Below are positions 53,340 to 64,000 of a DNA stretch of 64,000 nucleotides, piece after piece (within the stretch, counting starts at the first letter, position 1; the number at the start of each line of letters is the position of its first letter). The DNA is from Octopus vulgaris (lineage: Eukaryota). Below the pieces are notes generated by a model, which searched no databases, was not told the DNA's origin, and was given only the letters and a program-made list of their open reading frames with translations. Where the stretch lies: the NCBI GenBank assembly GCA_951406725.2, contig OX597819.1, forward strand, positions 39,122,001 through 39,186,000. Direction: 5' to 3'. Both the position numbers and the translations under genes were made by a program.

Positions 53340-56300
53340 TTTTTATTCAGAAATAATAATACGAATCCTACAAGTAGCCTTAGATGCCAAAAACTCTCTT
53401 ACTGGGTTATAGCAAGTAACCTTTGATGCCAAGAACCCTACTAAGTATCCTAGCTGTCCCGAATAACATTATTTTCTGCAGTTGTACTAAACTGGGTTTT
53501 ATGCCTATTTCCTCTATCCGTCTGTTCAGATCTTTAGGGATAGTTCCCTGTGCACCTATAACTATTGGGATACATTTTACCCGCACATTCCATAGTCTCT
53601 GTAATTCAATAGCGAGGTCCTTGTACTTTACTATTTTTTCTATACTTCTAATATTAATTTTTTCATCATTTAGGACTGTAAAACCAATTATCTGGCACTT
53701 TCTATTCTCTTTATCTACTACCAAATCAGGCTTTCCAGCTTCTATTACTCTGTCAGTCTGAATGTTAAAGTCCCACAACATCTTGTATTTCTTACTTTCT
53801 AGTACTTTACAAGGTTCACGTTTATACCATTTATCAGTATGTTAAAATCCTAGGTTTCTATAAAGCTCCCAGTGGATTGCTCTCCCTAGATTGTCGTGTC
53901 TTTTCTTGTATTCTTTCTGTGCCAGCATACTACATTCACTTACTATGTGAGTAACGCTTTCCTCTTTTGATTTGCGTAATCTACATTGGGAATCTGCTTG
54001 GTTTTTTCTATTTTGGCTTGTATTCAATTAGCCCTTAATGCCTGATCTTATACAGCAACTAACAAACTTTCTATCTCCCTCTTCAGCTTTCCTTTATGCA
54101 GTCATAACCAAGTCTCACAACTACTATTTGCCGAAATTATCTTCGGGAATCTACCATGCAGCGCCTTCTCTTGCCAGTCAGATCATTTCTGTTCTTCACT
54201 ATTACCTACATAGGAGTCTACATTCACTCTATAGCTAACTCCACACAGTCTTCTACAGATATTAACCCTATTCTACCTTCCTTTCTAGGTAGCTATAATC
54301 TTGCTACTCCTGCCCTTGGGTGGAGTCCTCCATTCATTTTGAATTCCTTCCGAGTTCTTCTTTCCAGCTTCGCTAATTCAGTTTTTGTCCAATCTACAAA
54401 AGCTACTGAGTATCTAAGTAACTACAGTAACTACAGCCTTCACTAGGTTCGAAACATTTAGCTTTGACGTCATTAGCTTCCTTACCCTTCTGATGCATTC
54501 CTTCTGAATTTTCGTTTTCATTTCTGTAGTTAGTACTCCCTCAGATTCTAATACTCCTAGATACTTATAGCTCTCTCCTCCTTTCAATGATTTTAATGTC
54601 TGGCTATCTATTGGATGCCTTCACTGTTGACTACCTGTCTCCTTCTCATGACTAATATTGCACACTTATCTGTGCCAAATTCCATGCCTGTATCTTTACT
54701 GAAAAGTCTTGAAGTCTGTATTAAGGAATCTATCTCTTTTTCATTCTTACTAAACAGCTTCAGATCATCCATGTAGAGCAAATGGTTAATTTTTTCCATT
54801 GCTATTTCTGAACTGATACCCTGCGTTTGTCTTCCTTAATACTAAACAGGGGGATCAAGCATAAGACAAATATTAACAAGGACAACAAGTCCCCCTAGGA
54901 AATTCCTCTTTTGATATTAACTTTCCCTAATAGTGTGTGACATGAATATAGATGTACTTTCCATTTCTTCAAGCTAAAGCTAATTAATTCTGTTATGTTG
55001 TCTGCTACACTGAATATACTTATGGCTTTCCTATTATCTATCCATTCTATTTTTAGATTTTTCTTTCTAGCTTTTACTTCATTTAGAACTGCTTTGTCTA
55101 TATATAATCGATCATGTGTTCCTCAAGCCAGCTTTCTGCAATTTTTCTGTTCCTCTGCTTGTAACTTTTGGTTGTCAAGGTGCTCGTAAATGCTTTCTGA
55201 AAGCATTCCTATTAACAGCTTCCTCACTAATGGTAAGCAAGTAATTGGCCTACAGTTGCTAGCTATATTATCCTTGCCCTTGTCCTTCATAGTGAGGACT
55301 GTCCACCCTCTAGTCATCCAGTCTGGTGTTATTCCTCCATTAAGGTAATCCTGAAGTTGTTCCCTCAGCCTCCTATGTAAAATACTGAATTCCTTTAGCC
55401 AGTACCCGTGAACTAAATCTGGTCCTGGGTCCTTTTAATTCGGCATTTTTCCTAACACCTTACTCATTAATGCACTAGTTAATCTTAGATCTGGCTGCTT
55501 CACACTCACTACTTCTTTCCTCACTTTCTTTAACCATACTGCATCTCCATTTTGATTTACTGGTTTATACCAAATATTACTCCAGAACTTTCTAGCTTCC
55601 TCTGTATTAGGCTTCTCATCTTCAGTACTTCGTTCTCCACTATTTATTTGGTTATAAAATCCCCTATGATCTGTCTCAAATAATTTATTTTTCTTGATAC
55701 TGATCTACTCTTCGCTGATATCTGGACAGTTTGCCTGCTACTGCTATGGTACACTGTTTAACTCGTCTATTATTGTCTCAAATATTTTCTCTTTGACTAA
55801 GTATCTTTCCTAGAGGCAAGATTTGCATCTTGTGTTTCCTAACTTGTTTGTTTTCCAGGCTTCTTTCTACTCAGATCTTGTCTTAAAGTCTTCACTTTAT
55901 TTTGTAGTCTTCTTTTCCACAGTTGCTCTTTTTAAATCTTTCCCAGTAAGATATCTAATATTCTACTGCCCCATCTGCACAGATCAATAAGTTAGTGTCT
56001 TCTATATTTTTAGTATCTATATTTATATTATATTATATATTATATATTATATATTATATATTATATATTTAGTATCTATATTTTTAGTATCTATCGTACT
56101 GATAACAGAATCTGCTTTCCTAGTCATTTCTTGTAGCTTCCTTCTATTAGTGTCTTTTAATGCTGGCAGTCTTTTTCATACTTCTTTACTCATTACTTCC
56201 TGCACTGCAACTCATCTAAAATCTTCTGATCTTCCTCACTTAAATCACTTAAGTCGTTGGTGCCAGTTGTCCCTTCCTTATTGGTAGTGCTATTATTATT

Positions 56301-56780
56301 TTTTCCTTTAGGATCTTCTTTGGTTTGAGATATATCTTCTATGTTGTTGTTTGTCTTTCCCACTGCCTGGTCTTTCTTTTCCAGTTCTCTTGTGATCTCT
56401 TCTACCTCCAATTCTGTCATCCACTTTCTTCTCCTAATAGCATTAGCTTGATCAGGTAATCTCTGCTCAGTCACTTTAAACATACCCTTCTCTACTCAAA
56501 GTGTTAACATCAGATTTCTATAGCCCCTTCTTTTAGGTTCACTTTCTAAGTAGCACTGTATCGCTATCCTATTTTCTTCACTAGTCTACTTCCTCCTCCT
56601 TGCTCTATTATCTGCTAATGCTGCATTAGGATGACAGCAGTGGTCAGTCTGCATCTTTACTGATCCACTGCCGAGCGAGAGGCCTTCCTTAACGGTCCAA
56701 CTTCATTATCGCTGTTACAACCAGAGTTTTTCGGAAACCCCTGTCTCTAATAATCTGAGGTAAGGTAACGTTCGTCACCA
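53340..56780 (-). mobile_element. Near full-length decayed R4/Dong-like non-LTR retrotransposon
   Basis: N-terminal EQRLPDQANAIRRRKWMTELE; RT NCRPITCLP and NHLLYMDDLKLF; zinc knuckle CRL..ESVTHIVSEC..LAQKEYKKRHD; RLE domain LWDFNIQTDRVIEAGKPDLVV. Confidence 0.9.
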
Positions 56781-56916
56781 TCGTCATCACCACTATTATT
56801 TTTTGACATCTGAAAGTTTCAAGCAACTTTCTCTTGCATCATTTGTAGCACCTTTGCGCTGGTGGAAGCGGCGTGTGCGGCATTTTTTTAATTTATCATC
56901 ATCATCATCATCATCA

Positions 56917-56971
<55 letters not shown>

Positions 56972-56997
56972 CATCATTATTATTATTATTATTATTA

Positions 56998-57213
56998 TTT
57001 TCTTCTTTCTTCAAATTTTCTTCCGTTTCTCGCCGAGTGTTTTCCGTACACCTAGGGCAGAGAAGATCATTGTATGAATTCCCAGATTACACGCGCAAAT
57101 TCACAGGTAAAATATGTATTTAAAAAAATTAATAAACAAATAAATTCATGAATGGATGTTGTTTTCACAGCGATAATGCTCTTCTCAGTACATGAGTCGT
57201 TCCAGTTAACACG

Positions 57214-57214
<1 letters not shown>
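56998..57214. mobile_element. About 215-bp dispersed element inside (ATT)n
   Basis: Second copy at 60675-60880; this copy has (ATT)n on both sides. Confidence 0.7.
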
Positions 57215-57290
<76 letters not shown>

Positions 57291-57292
<2 letters not shown>

Positions 57293-58230
57293 CTTCATAA
57301 CACAATGTAGGTAAAAATACACCGGAGCCTTTAGTCATTTTTCAAGTCACAAGAACGACCTCAGACAGATAATATTTCCGTAAGATGTGCACTGTGCACA
57401 AAAAGGCTGCATTTTGCAAGACATCAATCTTGCATTGGATTTCCCGTCGCCTTAAGAAGTCTTAAAGTTTCAATGGGATTGAGCCCAACGCTCGATCACC
57501 ACTGGTATCACTTTTACATTACCCTCTCGCATTCCATACAGTCTTGCCATTTCCACTTTCAATTCGGAGTACTTGGTGATTTTTTCAACCTCTTTACCCA
57601 CAACATTTGTCATTTGGTATGGCTACATCAATGATCTGGCAGAATTTGTTTCTCATATTCAATATGACAATATCCGGCCGACTGTGTTCGATTATACTAT
57701 CTGTCTGAAAATCATAGTCCCAGAATATCGTTACTTTTCCATCCTTCTGCATAACTTTACTTATACATGCTTATGCCAGTTCTCTGTTACTTCATATTGC
57801 TATTTACGGCATAAGAGCCAATGAAGATACACACACATTTTATCGTGGCGATGCTTGTATTCTTTTTGTGCAAGGATCTCACATCCTCTTACTAAGTGGG
57901 TCACATTTTCCACACTCTTTCTACAGAGTTTGCAATTCTGGGTGTCGGAAGTTTTATAGATGTTATACTTCACTGAATTGGTAGCGAGAGCCTGGTATTG
58001 TGCAGCGATGATCAGACTTTCGGTGGCACGCTTCAAATCACCTCGCTCAAGACATGCTCATGATGCTGTATTATCCTTAACGTCCTGTGTATTCTTTTTA
58101 AACTGTCCATGCATTCTCATTTGAAGAAGGTCTTCTTTTCTCTTCTCCTAATCTTTGGTTAAACTCTTCCTTGCCAATCATTTCATATGCCTTTACACCC
58201 ATATCTTTCGTGACATATTGTAGCAGGTCT
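57291..58230 (-). pseudogene. R4/Dong-like 3' fragment ending in (TAA)n
   Basis: TESLIIAAQ.QAL.TN..CKLCRKSVENVTHLVRGCEILAQKEYKHRHD. Confidence 0.85.
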
Positions 58231-58243
58231 ATTATTATTATTA

Positions 58244-59763
58244 TTCAGTAGTTTTATTTTTATAGCGTTCTTTCACTTCACTACCGAGCGCAGCTCTGTG
58301 TGCCTTGGGTATGTGCTGTGATTTGTTGTGATGCTCTGGTGGTTATTGTATGGAAAGTGTTCTGCGTAGGATGTGTGCAGTGCCTAGTAGTGCAATTTTC
58401 TGTATGTTATATGTGTTTGTAAGTCCTGGTGTTTTTGTTATGTATTTGTCTGAATATGTTTTTATCATGCCTAATGCACCTACTATGATAGGAATTGTTT
58501 CTGTTTTCAGATTCCACATTCTGGTTACCTCTATTTCCAGGTCTTTGTATTTTGAGAGTTTCTCCATTTCTTTTAGAGACACGTTGTCATCTGCCGGTAT
58601 TGATACATCAATTAGAAAGCATTTTTTTCTTCATGATCTCTGACAACTATATCTGGCCTGTTGGCCTTAATTTCTCTATCTGTGTGTATCGGCATATCCC
58701 AGAGTATGGTTGCTTTCTCGTTTTCTGTGACCTTTTCTGGTGTGTGCCTATACCATCTTTTTTCTGTTATTATTCCATAATGTTGGCATAGCTTCCAATG
58801 TATGTAGGTTCTAACTCAGTCATGTCTGTGAATATATTCCTTCTTAGCCAGGACTGGGCAGCTAGAGATAATATGATTTATTGTTTCTTGTCCATCTCCA
58901 CATATTCTGCAGTTACTTATTATATTTCTTTTCATTACATGTTTTTGGTAATTTCTGGTTGGGAGGCTTTGGTCTTGTGCTGCAATTAAAAATCCCTCTG
59001 TTTCTGCTTTGAGTCCTGAGCTTCTCAACTATTGCTGGGATTTTTCTTTGTCTATTTCTTTTGCGTTTAGTTTAGTCCAGTATTTACCATGAAGGGGCTT
59101 TTCTTGCCATCGTTTTATCATGGTTCGTTGCTGTTCTATTTTTAGTTTGGATTTCATTTGTTTTATAGCTTTTGTTGTTTCTTCATCTTCTTCTTCTTCT
59201 TCTTCATATTTATTAGGTGGTATGATTTCTTGTTTGTATTTGTCAGCTTCCTTAAATACTGAGAACAGTTTTTTGTTTTGCTCGTGTTTTGCCGCTATTT
59301 GTATCAGTTTTCCTTCCTTCTGAAGTAGATATTTTTGCAGTCCTATGGTGGTTATTTTATAGTAGTTTTCCAGTTGTATAAGACCTCTACCACCTTCTAT
59401 ACGTTGTATATATAGTCTTTCTATGTCAGATTTTGGGTGATGCATCCTAGATCCTGTCATTATTTTTCTTGTTTTCCTATCTATTTTGGTCAGTTCATTT
59501 CGTGTCCAGTTAAGGATATTGTAGCTGTAACTTATAACTGGGACAGCTAAAGTGTTAATACCTTGTTTTTAGCTGTTTTTAGTATTGATCTAACTTGTCT
59601 ATAATATTCTTTTTTTTTATTTTCTCTTTCATTTGTGTGTGTTGTGTCTTATCTAGTTCATGGATTCCTAAGTATTTTTAAGTTTGGCTTTGGTCTAATT
59701 CTTTTATTTCATTGGTTTTATCTAGTGTGATGTTGCTACTCTTAACTAGTTTTCCTCTTTTCG
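58244..59763 (-). pseudogene. R4/Dong-like 3' fragment (further subfamily) between (TAA)n tracts
   Basis: HHPKSDIERLY..GGRGL; AETEGFLIAAQDQSL.TRNY..CRICG..ETINHIISSC..HRHD; KYKDLEIEV..IPIIVGALG; 3' UTR into (AAT)n. Confidence 0.9.
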
Positions 59764-59766
59764 TTA

Positions 59767-59832
<66 letters not shown>

Positions 59833-59834
<2 letters not shown>

Positions 59835-60148
59835 GACAAGACGAAGAGCGCGTTGCGATTGCAACAGATATTTTATTGGATGAACGATATTTCGACAACA
59901 ATCTTATCTTTGTCGGGTTCAAAATAAAAAAGTGATAAAAATTCAAAATTATACACATTAAGATCTAAAGTATGAACGAGAACAACCAACGTCGATACGT
60001 TGAGGGAATGTCATTAGATTTTAATTTCTATAATTTTGAATGTTTATCCCTCTTTATTTTGAACTCGACAAAGACAAGATTGTTGTCGAAATATCGTTCA
60101 ACCAATAAAATATCTATTGCAATCGCATCGCGCTCTTCGTCTTTTCTA
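59833..60148. mobile_element. Foldback MITE (arms about 135 bp)
   Basis: TAGACAAGACGAAGAGCGCGTTGCGATTGCAA../..TTGCAATCGCATCGCGCTCTTCGTCTTTTCTA. Confidence 0.85.
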
Positions 60149-60185
60149 TTTACCTTTGTGGAGAATTAGGTCAATCCTTTTGAAA

Positions 60186-60228
<43 letters not shown>

Positions 60229-60229
60229 T

Positions 60230-60665
60230 TCTTTTGATCTGCATGTTTGTTACAATCACTCTCCGAGACACACCCCGCGTTCTAGGGCAAGTGAAGGATA
60301 AGAGATGTTACAGTATGACTGAAAGCTTGGGGTGGGGAAGTGACAGGGGCAGTAACGAAACATCATGTAATACAACACATACATTTAAATTGATAGGGTT
60401 TTTCTCAGGATGTGGGCAGTACCTATCAGCACAATCTTTTGGAGTTCTATGAGACATGGTTCTCCTGGGATATTATATAGATGTTTCTGTTATCATACCT
60501 AGGGTACCCACAATAACTGGAACAATTAAAATGCCACATCTTTTGTATTTCAATTTCCAGCTCCTTATAATTACTTAATTTGTCAAATTCCTTTACAGGT
60601 ATATTTTTATCAGTGGGAACACTTATATCTTATTAGTCTACAAGTATTGTCTTTTCTGTCTTTAT
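60230..60665 (-). pseudogene. R4/Dong-like RLE-domain fragment plus 3' UTR ending in (TAA)n
   Basis: DISVPTDKNI..KLSNYKELEIEIQKMWH..VPVIVGTLG..QKIVLIGTAHILRK. Confidence 0.75.
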
Positions 60666-60674
60666 TATTATGTT

Positions 60675-60880
60675 TTTTTCCTTCTTTTATCAAATTTTCT
60701 TCCGTTTCTCGCCGAGTGTTTTCCATACACCTAGGGCAGAGAAGCTCATTGTATGCATTCCCAGATTACACGCGCAAATTCACAGATAAAATATGTATTT
60801 AAAAATTAATAAATAAACAAATTCATGGATGGATGTTGTTTTCACAGCGATAATGCTCTTCTCAATACAGTTAATACGAT
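60675..60880. mobile_element. Second copy of the ~215-bp element
   Basis: caaattttcttccgtttctcgccgagtgttttcc..cagcgataatgctcttctca shared with 56998-57214. Confidence 0.7.
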
Positions 60881-60884
60881 TTTT

Positions 60885-61014
60885 TGCACTTCCTGTAGGG
60901 ATGGTAAGCCTGGAATCATTTTCAAATAGGTTTCAGTACCTTTTTTATCATTCCTAGAGATCCTACAATCACTGGTACTGTAGTCTCCTTGAGATGCCAG
61001 ATTTTTTCAATTTC

Positions 61015-61015
<1 letters not shown>
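60885..61015 (-). pseudogene. Short R4/Dong-like fragment
   Basis: IEIEKIWHLKETTVPVIVGSLGMIKK, adjacent to (TAA)n. Confidence 0.7.
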
Positions 61016-61074
<59 letters not shown>

Positions 61075-61075
<1 letters not shown>

Positions 61076-61772
61076 TTTATGGCCATCGTGCATTGGCCAT
61101 CGTCTATTGTTTGCTTTGACTGAATAAAGTCTTGCCATTTGGTCAAGCACGTCGATGCCTACTTTATTTTTTGTTATAAAAAAGTATGGTGTCACGCTTC
61201 TTCTTGGGGTTATTTTCAGAAGGAACTTTTAGATGTTGATGTAACACACTCAAAATAACAACAGGCTTTGATTTTTTTTTTTTTTTGCACTAGTACGCTG
61301 TGTTACAGTAGGCTTCTGTGTGGATTTCAAAACCACAGTTTCATGAACAGGTTTCACCTGTTTTACTGCTTCTGATAATTCCCTTTTGCTCTGTCGAACT
61401 GTTGCGACTAACACTGCAGTTTTGTTTTGCGAGGTGTAAAGGCTATGCAATTACTAAATATCTAAAATGTTGTCACGTGTGAATAAGAGCAGATGCAATT
61501 TTCAAAAGTCACCAATGCGTCAATTGACGCATGTGGTCCTAATAGGTAGTGTGGAGTGGGGGTTACAATTGATGCAAATAATGTATAATTTATATTGTAT
61601 ATAGATAGGCGCAGGAGTGGCTGTGTGGTAAGTAGCTTGTTTACCAACCACATGGTTCCGGGTTCAGTCCCTCTGCGTGGCACCTTGGGCAAGTGTCTTC
61701 TGCTATAGCCCCGGGCCGACCAAAGCCTTGTGAGTGGATTTGGTAGATGGAAACTGAAAGAAGCCCGTCGTA

Positions 61773-61822
<50 letters not shown>

Positions 61823-62751
61823 CGTGTATGTTTGTGTGTCTGTGTTTGTCCCCCTAGCATTGCTTGACAACCGATGCTGGTGTGTTTATGTCCCCGTTAC
61901 TTAGCGGTTCGGCAAAAGAGACCGATAGAATAAGTACTGGGCTTACAAAAGAATAATTCCCGGGGTCGAGTTGCTCGATTAAAGGCGGTGCTCCAGCATG
62001 GCCGCAGTCAAATGACTGAAACAAGTAAAAGAGTAAAAGAGTAAAAGAGTAAAGAGTAAAGAGTATATAGATATCATAAAACTAGTACGCTGTGTTACAG
62101 TAGGCTTCTGTGGATTTCAAAACCACAGTTTCATGAACAGGTTTCACCTGTTTTACTGCTTCTGATAATTCCCTTTTGCTATATTGTTTATAGATATCAT
62201 AAAACTATGAAAAAATCAGGCATCATAATGTTGATACCTATGTAAAGGAACTGTCTAGAACAGGTTGTGTCTTTTGCACTGTTTGGGTGCAACACAATTT
62301 CCTTCTTTGTTTCCAAAAACTACCGGTGTCAGGAACAAGAAAGCAACCTTAAAGAATATGACACTTTATTTCGTTATTTAGATAAAGAAGGCACGTTGGT
62401 AAATTGGTAACCACTTGGTGTAGGTACAGCAAGACTGAAGTTAAACATTTGTAAAGATAAACCTCACAACAACACCAGCAGCAACAGAGCCGGTCAAATC
62501 CCAAGCGTCTGGGACAGGGGAATAGGCTGATAACACGTTAAACACGTCTTCTCTCTTCAACGAACGCCACAGAATTCTCCTACCCAGTTTTTAGCGCATG
62601 TGCATTAGGGAACTTCCTTAGGCCTTTCCAGAAGGTTCCAGCTCCGCACACGCACACTGAAGAATGACGTCACTACACCTACAATAGATTTTGAATTGTG
62701 TGCAATAAAGATTTCAAAATGTATCACTTGATGCGCTCGGATCTTCTTGTG
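61075..62751 (-). mobile_element. Decayed piggyBac-like transposon
   Basis: KNKVGIDVLDQMARLYSVK..RRWP motif of piggyBac transposases; candidate terminus TTAA-CACAAGAAG at 62755. Confidence 0.65.
61607..62064 (+). mobile_element. SINE family B, full length, with (AAAGAGT)n tail
   Basis: Full match; TSD tatatagat. Confidence 0.9.
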
Positions 62752-62789
62752 TTAATATTTTGTTGTTCTTCAAACATTTTTTCTTTTAT

Positions 62790-62984
62790 TCTTTTATTTG
62801 TTTCAGTCATTTGACTGCAGCCATGCTGGAGCACCGCCTTTAGTCGAGCAAATCGACCCCAGGACTTATTCTTTGTAAGCCTAGTATTTATTCAATCGGT
62901 CTCTCTTGCCGAACCACTAAGTTAGTGGGACGCAAACACACCAGCATCGGTTGTCAAGCGATGTTGGGGGAACAAACAAACAAA

Positions 62985-63054
<70 letters not shown>

Positions 63055-63216
63055 ACAGGCTTCTTTCAGTTCCCGTCTACTAAATCCACTCACATGGCTT
63101 TGGTCGGCCCGAGGCTATAGTAGAAGACACTTGCCTAAGGGGCCACGCAGTGGGACTGAACCCGGAACCAGGTGGTCGGTAAGCAAGCTACTTACCACAC
63201 AGCCACTCCTGCGCCT
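62790..63216 (-). mobile_element. SINE family B
   Basis: Full match; inverted relative to the 61607 copy. Confidence 0.9.
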
Positions 63217-63730
63217 AATTACAAAGAAAGGTTGCAAAAATACCTGGTGCATATATATACTGCTGAATATGATGACACCAACTTAGTTGTTATTTTTCGT
63301 GCGGATGGCGACCCTGGATCATTTACAGCTAACATAGTGTTAACATATTTATGGTAATTGGAAGAATAACCAGAAATGATTATGTGGAAGAGGACAAAAA
63401 TGGAATGTTAGTCAACAAATAAGATTATTTTAATTTTTTGAAGCAAATAAGAGAAACAACTCATGACCTGTTTTGATATTATCATGGCCTCATCAGCACG
63501 GACTTTTAAACATTTTTCGTAATCCATTAATCCTATGAGCATTATATTTTCTTCATTTCAATCTATTTCAGAGTTTGATATGTATGAAAACAGCGCGTAA
63601 GTTTATGCAAGAAAGTCTGCCATTTGCATAGAAATCAAATTCGTGTTGGGTTTCAGTAAGTGACTGTTAAGAATAAGATTAACTTTTATTTTTTTTAAAT
63701 TAACACACACACACACACACACACCTGCGC

Positions 63731-63776
<46 letters not shown>

Positions 63777-64000
63777 CCCCTCCTTTCTCTCTCATTTGTA
63801 GCGGTCATTCCATCCAATCAATTCTACCAGGCTTGTTGAAATTATTCCTATTTCAACAATTTAAAACTCTAGTAAACTCTATTTTGTGACTATTTATTGT
63901 ATTTCAGATTGAAAACAAAGCAATTCGTTGCTGTTCTTGAAAATGAAAGAAATAATGCGATAAAATACGCTTAAACGAATCTTGGAAGGAATACTGTGTG

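Noticed and set aside
56640-56800. HDV-like ribozyme at the 5' end of the R4-like element
   Set aside because: Plausible from clade knowledge, but I could not fold a nested double pseudoknot by eye; needs an Infernal search

Overview
Eukaryotic, AT-rich, microsatellite-saturated non-coding DNA, most consistent with an octopus (coleoid cephalopod) genome. That assignment rests on recalled octopus SINE families and the repeat landscape and was not checked by any search. No intact host gene is recognisable; nearly all listed ORFs are microsatellite artefacts or decayed transposon ORFs. The window holds at least five tRNA-derived SINE families (about 25 copies) and decayed non-LTR retrotransposons (R4/Dong-like, Tx1/L1-like, RTE, CR1/Jockey-like). 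It also holds Penelope-like fragments with hammerhead-ribozyme motifs, mariner/Tc1, hAT and piggyBac relics, and several MITEs. Most notable: (1) a near-canonical type I hammerhead ribozyme inside a perfect 62-bp-arm palindrome, plus variant-core hammerheads; (2) a five-copy GG..CC MITE (8-bp TSD where visible, Merlin-like) carrying telomeric (TTAGGG)n; (3) SINE multimers with the same junction at two independent loci and a tail shared with Tx1-like LINEs; (4) apparent partitioning of microsatellites among retroelements: R4/Dong at (TAA)n, Penelope-like at (TA)n, Tx1 at (TCTA)n. Family letters A-E are my own labels.
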